The translations under genes and the position numbers were made by a program. Shown one piece after another: positions 53,154 to 61,210 of a DNA stretch of 64,000 bases. The notes beneath the pieces are model-generated. The model saw only the letters and a program-made list of their open reading frames with translations. It searched no databases and was not told the origin of the DNA. The DNA is taken from assembly GCA_030867685.1 (NCBI GenBank), contig JAQOWU010000008.1:2418001-2482000 (forward strand), given 5' to 3'. The DNA comes from Wickerhamiella versatilis (Eukaryota). Position 1 is the first letter of the stretch. Every line of letters starts with the position of its first letter.

Positions 53154-54185
53154 CTAAATTATGCAAAATACGATGCTAAGAGCCACAGCAGCTAAGAGAG
53201 TTGCTGTTCCTAGAATTAAAGATATCACTTTTGTTCTTCGTGGTACGACTCCTACCAATGCGTCGAAGAAACCGGATCCTAGAGGGAGCCAGAACGGAGG
53301 AAATAGGCAGCAAAGTAGCAGTGCAATATTGCTCGTTGTCGGAGAGGCTTCGGGGCGGCCCCACTTGTCAACCGCTTTTTCATCAAGCAGAAAGGATTTA
53401 TCTGGGAAGGCAGGCAGGGACGGTATTCCTGCCAGCAATCGTTGAGGCCGATGCGGCGACGTCAATTTAGTCGCGGGATTAAGTCTGAGGCGGCTTGCTG
53501 GGTATTTTGCCGCTTGTCTGTGTGATTGGTCTAACGTGGAAATGGTAGAATGGGTGGATGCTGCTGCCTGGTGGTCTGAAGATGCTTGAGAGGATTGGGA
53601 TCGAGGAGCTCCAAAATGTAGGCCTAGCAATTTCCTTGGACTTTGACGATGCCGAGGGCTCGTAGCCCCGGCATCCCGGCTCGGCGAAATGTCTGCTTGA
53701 CTGGTCCAGGCATCATTTGTGGTCGCAGGGGTGCGTGGAGTCTTTGGTAGAGGCACTGAGGGACAAGTCCTTTGCTCGGCAAACACCTCTTGATTCTGCT
53801 CGGTTGGTGGAGACAGCGTCAGGTGCTTAGCGACATCATCAATTTCATCAAAATCAAAGTCCAGGTCTCGCTCGCCACGGTTATGCGATCCATGGCTGCT
53901 CAGATTTCCATTCAAGGTATCGGGTATTGTAGAGTCACTTACGGACGATGATCCAGCTAACATGTCAAAGTTCTCATATATGCTATCATGCTCAGGACTC
54001 GGCTGGGGTGGACTATGATTCTTATGGGGAAATTGCATATTCATTCCGATCTTAGATGGAACCATCGGGTCCTCATTTGGATGGTTAGACTGCTCCGACG
54101 GGCCCCAGTCCCGGCGGACATAGTTTGCCTGCGAACTATCACTTGCCTTGCCACCATCAGCTGGCGGGTCACTCTTCTCACTCAT
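53154..54185 (-). CDS. Membrane protein with a disordered S/P-rich N-terminus and two C-terminal TM helices (Bud8/Bud9-like architecture)
   Basis: LLCCLFPPFWLPLG followed by a terminal TM helix; the family assignment is tentative. Confidence 0.6.
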   Translation of the reverse strand: MSEKSDPPADGGKASDSSQANYVRRDWGPSEQSNHPNEDPMVPSKIGMNMQFPHKNHSPPQPSPEHDSIYENFDMLAGSSSVSDSTIPDTLNGNLSSHGSHNRGERDLDFDFDEIDDVAKHLTLSPPTEQNQEVFAEQRTCPSVPLPKTPRTPATTNDAWTSQADISPSRDAGATSPRHRQSPRKLLGLHFGAPRSQSSQASSDHQAAASTHSTISTLDQSHRQAAKYPASRLRLNPATKLTSPHRPQRLLAGIPSLPAFPDKSFLLDEKAVDKWGRPEASPTTSNIALLLCCLFPPFWLPLGSGFFDALVGVVPRRTKVISLILGTATLLAAVALSIVFCII

Positions 54186-55085
54186 GGTGTGAAACAAGGT
54201 GCGTTCTGCCTCTGGCTATTTTGATTTCTTTAGATATAAACAAACCAAAGTAATAATACATCACGTGATTCGTATACACACATCGTGTGCCCAGTCCCTT
54301 GGACCGATAGTGAGCGAGGTTTTGCCTGGGGAACAGAATCAGCTGGACCTCTTTGCGCCCAGAGGGAGTGGTTTGGTGATATATTTAGGATCGACAGGAA
54401 TCTGCATGGCTGGGGTTTGTACGGCGGTGCACGTGGGGTACGCGGTAGCGTCAAAATGCCGCCTGCCAAACTCCTGCAACTATTTAGCAATAGACAAGAG
54501 ATAAAATCCGTATTTTCCGTTGTTGAGTCCAACCTTTTCCAGGAAATATTCACTCTGCCGAATTATAATTGCTTCTGCATCTCCTCCATACCTTATTCAT
54601 AGGGGGGTGTAGTCTCAGGTCCAGTATGCTTTTTAAAAGCACATAAGGCGGTTTAGAAAATTATCCGGGTGCACATACAGAATTATGACAATATTCTAAT
54701 TATAGTAAGGTAATACGCCTTGAAACCTCTGCATCACCTCGCTGCAGTATCTCTGTTACTTAAGCTGGGCAGCGTTACCCGTACCCTCGATATTGATTTT
54801 CCATAGAACTAATCGGAAAAGGCAGCCGAAGTCTGGGGTTTCTACGGTATATAGCTTTAGATGGTGAGTCCTAATAGGGTACAAAGCTTATTTCCGTTGC
54901 CAGGTGAATTTCTCGGAGCAACCAATATGCCTCATTTTAGAAACGACGACGCCACCCCCTCCCCGGGAGCGTACCGATTATCTAACAAACGGGGCACCCC
55001 CATCCCTCATTATATAAATACGAGGCACCACTTCGCTATTACCTTAGGTTCACACCCAAGAGCTTATTGAAAAAACCGTAAGAAG

Positions 55086-56084
55086 ATGAAGCCGGAAGGA
55101 CAAGAGTCAACTGGTACTACATTCAAGGAGGCGAGTGATTTGGTACTTGAACAGGAGGCTACTTCACCGGACGGCCAAGATTCTTCTGGAAAGCGCACGT
55201 GGTATGAGCAGGTCTCAACCTCGGATGGCGCAGACCAGGCAAGCGAGTCATCGACTCCCCTGGCACCCCGTAAACGCGCAAAGACTAAGGACGAAAAAGA
55301 GCAAAGGCGCATGGAGCGCATTATGCGGAATCGTCAAGCGGCACATGCCTCACGAGAGAAGAAGCGCAAGCATCTGGAAGATCTCGAAGTGAAGTGTGAT
55401 AGACTGAGCGCGCTCACCGAAGAGCTTGAGGAAAAGCTCCGGAATGCGCAGCGCAGCCAGGTCCAGACGCTGGAGCAGCATCAAAGCCTGCGCCAGCGGT
55501 TTGACCAACTTGAAACCGCTGTCCGCCTGGCACGGAACTCGAACGACCTGAGCGTTCTTGACAGTGTAGAGGCTGAGGTAGCAACGACGCCCGAGTATAC
55601 CCCACCCCTGGTGGCGGATGATTGTGCAAGCCCCGACGCTTTGCAACTTGGGCATCTCCCTTCCTTATCAAACTCTGCCTCAGCCTCACCCTTGCCTGTG
55701 GACGAGGATGATAACTCTCTTGCCCTGCCTTATTCTCCACTCGAAGCCGTGGGCGACACGGCACATCTCGATAACAGCTCCTCTAAGACGCATCATCCAG
55801 CAGCGATGATGTCGTGGTTGGTTGTGTAGTAGTATCACGACCAACCCAAAAAATCTCACTCCCGTAATGTGACTGATGCTGGCATCAGCCATGACGGAGT
55901 GCTCGCCTCACCCGGTTGACCCGCAGCGTCAATCGACGAGCTGTTACGAGATGCCACCGCCCACGCGGCCGTGGGAGGCCCCGATGCCCCCTTTGTGCCG
56001 TCCGTTACATTCGGTGTAGCTGGTGACTTCACCTTGTTTGACGATCCCTTGGACTCATTTTCTGCAACTGGATTTGCTCAGTAA
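55086..56084 (+). CDS. HAC1: UPR bZIP transcription factor Hac1. Unspliced ORF 55086-55829 (247 aa); predicted Ire1-spliced CDS 55086-55800 + 55924-56084 (291 aa)
   Basis: LAPRKRAKTKDEKEQRRMERIMRNRQAAHASREKKR, THHPAA at the splice site, and two Ire1-type hairpins. Confidence 0.93.
55801..55923 (+). other. Unconventional (Ire1/Trl1) intron, 123 nt
   Basis: 5' hairpin CATCATC-CAG|CAGC-GATGATG and 3' hairpin CGGTTGAC-CCG|CAGC-GTCAATCG; both 7-nt loops match CNG|CNGN. Confidence 0.88.
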
Positions 56085-56104
56085 ATGTTTACGACCTTTG
56101 CAAA

Positions 56105-56126
56105 TGGCGCGCTCGCGGGCAGCGAC
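56105..56126 (+). promoter_or_regulatory. HAC1 3'-UTR bipartite element (Ire1 targeting)
   Basis: TGGCGCG (56105-56111) and GCGAC (56122-56126) inside a larger stem. Confidence 0.7.
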
Positions 56127-56613
56127 TGGCGATGTCGTCGCAACAACACTTGCAGCAGTTTCCTGGACAGTATTATGAAAAGGGTCGTTGACCGCGACGG
56201 AGCGTTCACCATTTAACCATAAATACACATATAAATATATGTTTATATATATATTCTTCTATTTCGATGTACCCGATTAAAAAAAATTCTTATTATTGCT
56301 TTCTTACTTTTTTCTTTTCATCACTTTCTTCGTTAGTGATCAAGACGAAGGAGACTTTGGACGGACGAACTTGCAAGAGGAGATATTTCGGCGAAACTTA
56401 CATGTCCAAATGATATAAAGTTCAGCTCCTCACTCCCGGGGATCTGAACAAAACGGCTAATTAAGTACATATACATACACCTCGAACAGAAGCTCACAAT
56501 AAAAAATCTCTTCTTGAGAGTTCTACTATGTAAGAATGCCGTGGTGCCACACGTCAGAACGAGTGCACTCTAACGAATATAACAGAAGCATTCACTTAAA
56601 AAACTAAGAATAC

Positions 56614-56976
56614 TTAGATAGCGGCCTTAGCGGCGATAGCCGGGTTAACCCGCTTGTTGTCACGGTTGAAACGAACGCGGGGGGGAGGGGTACGGATCTT
56701 ACGCTGTTCACGCGAACGAACACGAACGATCTTGTTGTGGACGGCACACGAGACACAGTAGCGAGTCTTAACGTAGATCTTAGGCAGGACGTACTCCTGG
56801 TACACCGAGGCCTCGGAAATGTCACGGACGGCAGCGGACTCTACCATGTTACGGATGGTGAACTTCTTGATTGCCTTATCCGCAGCAATATGAGCATTGC
56901 AGTTCTCGCAACGGAAGAAACGTACGTGTCCACGCCCCTTCTTGTTGCGTCCTCCGGACTGGCGCTTCTTGGGCAT
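56614..56976 (-). CDS. RPS26: 40S ribosomal protein S26 (eS26)
   Basis: [22 protein letters not shown] and YCVSCA. Confidence 0.97.
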   Translation of the reverse strand: MPKKRQSGGRNKKGRGHVRFFRCENCNAHIAADKAIKKFTIRNMVESAAVRDISEASVYQEYVLPKIYVKTRYCVSCAVHNKIVRVRSREQRKIRTPPPRVRFNRDNKRVNPAIAAKAAI

Positions 56977-57029
56977 ACTGGTGGCTACGATTCACTGGGT
57001 GAGTGAATCTTATGACCCCGTCAATATAT

Positions 57030-57053
57030 GCCCTAATGCCCTAAGCTGACTCA
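57030..57053. promoter_or_regulatory. Tandem GCCCTAA (Tbf1-like) plus TGACTCA (Gcn4/AP-1-like) upstream of RPS26
   Basis: GCCCTAA-T-GCCCTAA at 57030-57044 and TGACTCA at 57047-57053. Confidence 0.6.
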
Positions 57054-57398
57054 TTGTGAGTACCATGAGCACCGATAATGATATGAGTAGCTGGGCCTTT
57101 TCGAAGTTAATCCCGGTAAATATTAGGTGCTAAAGATGTTCATGATGCATTCCGAATACCAATGTGTATAGTTAATACCATATCTCACATGATCGCTAGA
57201 TGTGACCTTCGTCTTCACGGTTAAATGCAGGGCTGTGCTTGATCGCAAGCAAACCAAACATTTCCAGTTTGAATTGTTATAGCCCTTTCAATTCCAATCC
57301 TGCCTCGTGTCTATACTCAAAAGCTTGTGGTGGATCGTGACCAAAATATTTTGAATAGGTGGTTTTATAGCGCTACATAATTAGATTTACAAGCAACA

Positions 57399-57488
57399 GG
57401 TCTGTTGGTCTAGTGGTATGATTCTCGCTTAGGGTTCACTCTAAGTCTTAATTGCGAGAGGCCCCGGGTTCGAGTCCCGGACAGACCC
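57399..57488 (+). tRNA. tRNA-Pro(AGG) with an 18-nt intron (57435-57452)
   Basis: Acceptor stem GGTCTGT/ACAGACC, D arm TGGTCTAGTGG, anticodon arm CTCGC-TTAGGG..T-GCGAG, T arm CCGGG-TTCGAGT-CCCGG and a T6 Pol III terminator at 57492. Confidence 0.95.
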
Positions 57489-57937
57489 CACTTTTTTGGA
57501 AATCAAAGATATTCCTCATTATCTATTTTTTTTTGAATGTCGATGTTTTTGATGATCTTTTAGGGAGACAGACGGATATTTAGATAGATCAAGATGCCCA
57601 TAGATATTTGTTTTTGCTAAGGTCTGTACCCATTTTTTTGGCATGGTTTGCAATAACTTGAGATATGAAAGTAAATTTACCACTATATAACATTACGAAG
57701 ATGGTAATTCCAGCCTGACACAACTGGTTGGAGAAATTGATTGTATGGGTGTAACTTCATACGTGCACACAACTATTAAACGCCAGGTGTAGATGAACTA
57801 AGGTTTCCTAGAGCCTTTACGACTTTTTTATTTGATTCTTAAGGAATAGGGTCCCTCCGAACTACGTGACTTCTACCCACAGTTCGTGTCGTACCGTGTA
57901 CCCTAACCTCGTCATTGACCTACTGAATCTGTAGAGT

Positions 57938-60900
57938 ATGGACCCACGAACCAGGAGGGGCCCTAGTGACCTCCAACCAGGGCCCTATCCAGATAACAAG
58001 GCGGTGCATTTTACCCGTACTCCACCTGCTGGACCGGTGGTGCCGGAGATGTACATCGACGCCATGGGGCGCACCGGACCGGAGTCGGTCACTGGCGTAC
58101 CCAACAGGTCCATCACACCAATTCCACCAGCGCTTCCAAATAACTTTGATGTGCCTAATTATCGGCAGTATTTTCGCACCGACCCACTGCTTGGGTTGGA
58201 TGTCCCGTTGAATGGCAATGTTCCGTTAGACGATATTTCACCGCTACCATTAATAGATCCCATTCAAGAAATGGAACAGGAGGTGACAAATTATCTTGCG
58301 GATGGCGGAAATGATGATCAAGTAAATGGAGAAGCTGAGCGGGAAAACGATGAAGATCCTGAGGAGGAAGAGCTTCTACGGCAACGCGCACAATATAAGC
58401 CAAAGTCTTCCGTTCCACCTGATCTATCATCAGCAAATTACGCTGCACAGTGTATAAGTGCCGCTATATCCTCACGAATGCCACCGTTCCGGTTATCGCC
58501 AGGCGAGTACAACGTGCTCCATAAGCATCTGAGCCATGCCCATGTCACAACATATCTTAATATTCGCAATGGTATACTACGCTTATGGCTGGCTAATCCA
58601 ACGGTTAATGTCTCAATGGTTGAAGCAGCAGGTTGTGTAAATAATGAGCGATTCTATCCCCTGGCAGAGTTTGCGTATGAGTGGCTTGTTCGCAATGGAT
58701 ACATCAACTTTGGCTGCATAGAATCCGCAGTGGAGCCTCCAACTGATAACTTTGTGGCTGGAAAAAGACCTCGACAGACGATTGTGGTTGTTGGAGCTGG
58801 CATTGCGGGACTCTCCTGCGCGCGGCAACTCGAATCCCTGCTAAAGCGATATTCAAGATCTTTTCTCAGTGAATTTGAGGATATACCGCGTGTTGTAATA
58901 TTAGAAGCGAAAAGACGTACAGGAGGCCGCATCTACACCCCGCTTGTCAGTGGTGCTCATGTAGACCTCGGTGCGGATACCATAATGGGATTTGGAGGAG
59001 GAAATCCCTTGGGTACGTTATTGCGCAGGCAGTTAGGTGTTCCCTGTGTTCCTATTGATCAGTCAAGCAACGACTTGTATTCGTCCAGTGGCGATCGCAT
59101 TGATCCAGAAGTTGATTACCGGGCACATTCTTTATTTAACCACCTTTTGGACTGCATGGTTTCTTTTGAAAGTGGAATGCTTGCTCCCCCAACAGCTGCA
59201 GGAGATAAGGCATTGATACAGGCCGGCCGTGACCCAGTCGTGGACGCGGCCTCTGAGAAAATAACAATAGCCCACATGGACGAGAAAACTAAACCATACG
59301 ATACACCGCCTTCCCTCCAACAGCATGGAGAAGCCATCACCACGGCTGTGGAGTCCTCGTTTCTACGAGATATTGGTTTCAAACTCAAGTCAGATGCTTC
59401 CCAAGTCCATATCTCACTCCATGCCGAGCCAAGCAGCGACTCGGCATCATCGCTTGGAATGACAATGCGTAGCCTTTTAAACCAGCTAGAGCGTATTGTT
59501 GAATTTTCTGATCTTGACAAGCGTGCGCTTGATTGGTATTTTGCAAAGTTTGAATTGAACACGGGTGATTTTATTGATGCACAAGGTCTAGCGTCGTGGT
59601 CACACCACCGGAAGAATCGGTTTACCGGTAGGCACTCGTGGGTTCGTGACGGTATGGGGGTGGCAATAAGAGCGATTGAGCATCTTCCGAAACGTCTTGA
59701 CGTAAGGCTTAAAACGCCGATAACTGTTATAGAATGGGAAGATGACGCCGCACAGGTCCAATTCGAAAATGGTGACCAAGTTAGTGCCGATAGGGTCATA
59801 GTCACTGCTCCACTCGGGGTACTCAAGCGCAGAAGCCTTCAATTCATTCCGGATTTACCTCAATGGAAAACAGATAGCATTGAACGGCTAGGATTTGGTG
59901 TTGTAAACCGCATTTGTCTTACCTTTGATGAGCAGTTTTGGGATGATCAGCCACTGATAAGAGTGGCCAACGAACCCACGCCTGATGAGCGCGGAAATTG
60001 CTTCCTTTTCGAGAATATGGCACGGCGCACTGGTAAACCACTTATTGTTGGAGTTCTCAGCGGGAACGCTGCACAGAAGTTGCCATTTGCTAGTGAGGAA
60101 GAGGCAGTGAAGTATTCTGTTGAAAAGCTTCGCAACCTCTGTAAACATAATTCGAAGGCTCACACTGCGAAATTATTGGAAAGCGTTGTCACCCGCTGGC
60201 AACTTGATCCTTATGCGAAGGGTGCATTCTCTCACGTAGGTACAGAAGGCACTGTTGTCGACCATGATCTTTTGGGGCGCCCGGTGCTTCAGTCATTATT
60301 CTGGGCCGGTGAGGCAACATCTCGTATTTACCCTGGAACTGTACATGGTGCATATCTCTCGGGTCTACGTGCAGCCAAGGAAGTTCTGAATAGTCTTGTT
60401 GGACCTTTGGAAGTCCCAAATCCTCTCATTCTTAGTTCTGAGAATCCTGGGCAGAAACCGAAGAAACGAAGACCTCAGGTGAATATGTCGGCACCACATT
60501 TGAAAAAGAGAGTCGCGCCAGGACCACACTTCCACACTTCTGTGACACCACCTGAGGACTTCAAGACCGCGGAGTCAGAGCTTTTGGAATTGCGTCGTCG
60601 CCGTCAAGTCGCCGAACAGGAGCGGTTAGAGAGGGATCTCGTAAAGGAGCTAGGAGAAAGGCCAACACGGCCCGAGAGGTCCGGAAATACTAATCCATTC
60701 CTCCTTTTTCAGAAAGATTACTGGGATATATGCCGTGCAGAAACTGAAGAAGCGAAACGCAACGATCGACGGACACATGCAACGCATGCGACTCGTAATG
60801 AAATCCGGGCCTCACTTGGTCGTAAATGGCGTTTGCTTCCTGAATTAGAAAAGCGTCCCTATATTGAAAAGTCGCAAAAGACCAAGGATGAAAATGAGCA

Positions 60901-61072
60901 TCGTCACCAGGAATTTCTGCGTAAACTTAAGTGGTATGATGCGGAAGCAGATAACTTCCGGCAGCAGTGGCGCCAAGATCATCCACCAGAACCAACAGCA
61001 AGGGAGTGCCAACTTGAAGCACTTGTGGAGGAAATTAGACCTAGAAAGAAGCGCAGCCGGCTGCGAGAATAG
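57938..61072 (+). CDS. LSD1/KDM1-family protein (SWIRM + FAD amine oxidase + HMG box)
   Basis: TYLNIRNGILRLW..GYINFG (SWIRM), GAGIAG, GGR, DLGA, AGEAT..TVHGAYLSG and NPFLLFQKD..LGRKW (HMG). Confidence 0.9.
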   Translation: MDPRTRRGPSDLQPGPYPDNKAVHFTRTPPAGPVVPEMYIDAMGRTGPESVTGVPNRSITPIPPALPNNFDVPNYRQYFRTDPLLGLDVPLNGNVPLDDISPLPLIDPIQEMEQEVTNYLADGGNDDQVNGEAERENDEDPEEEELLRQRAQYKPKSSVPPDLSSANYAAQCISAAISSRMPPFRLSPGEYNVLHKHLSHAHVTTYLNIRNGILRLWLANPTVNVSMVEAAGCVNNERFYPLAEFAYEWLVRNGYINFGCIESAVEPPTDNFVAGKRPRQTIVVVGAGIAGLSCARQLESLLKRYSRSFLSEFEDIPRVVILEAKRRTGGRIYTPLVSGAHVDLGADTIMGFGGGNPLGTLLRRQLGVPCVPIDQSSNDLYSSSGDRIDPEVDYRAHSLFNHLLDCMVSFESGMLAPPTAAGDKALIQAGRDPVVDAASEKITIAHMDEKTKPYDTPPSLQQHGEAITTAVESSFLRDIGFKLKSDASQVHISLHAEPSSDSASSLGMTMRSLLNQLERIVEFSDLDKRALDWYFAKFELNTGDFIDAQGLASWSHHRKNRFTGRHSWVRDGMGVAIRAIEHLPKRLDVRLKTPITVIEWEDDAAQVQFENGDQVSADRVIVTAPLGVLKRRSLQFIPDLPQWKTDSIERLGFGVVNRICLTFDEQFWDDQPLIRVANEPTPDERGNCFLFENMARRTGKPLIVGVLSGNAAQKLPFASEEEAVKYSVEKLRNLCKHNSKAHTAKLLESVVTRWQLDPYAKGAFSHVGTEGTVVDHDLLGRPVLQSLFWAGEATSRIYPGTVHGAYLSGLRAAKEVLNSLVGPLEVPNPLILSSENPGQKPKKRRPQVNMSAPHLKKRVAPGPHFHTSVTPPEDFKTAESELLELRRRRQVAEQERLERDLVKELGERPTRPERSGNTNPFLLFQKDYWDICRAETEEAKRNDRRTHATHATRNEIRASLGRKWRLLPELEKRPYIEKSQKTKDENEHRHQEFLRKLKWYDAEADNFRQQWRQDHPPEPTARECQLEALVEEIRPRKKRSRLRE

Positions 61073-61210
61073 TTACCCTCCTGGTCTGTAAATTTTATAT
61101 TATCTAGTAAAAAATGAAATTCCAGCTATAAAATTTACAGCAAAACAAATGATTGAAGTGTTAAGGCGCCTCAATTCGAATTAAATTCATTGAGACTTAC
61201 TATCGTAATC

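Noticed and set aside
54199-54602. Several ORFs of about 100 aa and short stems upstream of HAC1
   Set aside because: The ORFs overlap each other, mostly lack good starts, and show no family or ncRNA signature; this is probably promoter sequence.
54861-54903. ATG|GTGAGT...CAG possible mini-intron upstream of HAC1
   Set aside because: The spliced frame stops near 55017 and does not join the HAC1 ORF; the branch point is weak.
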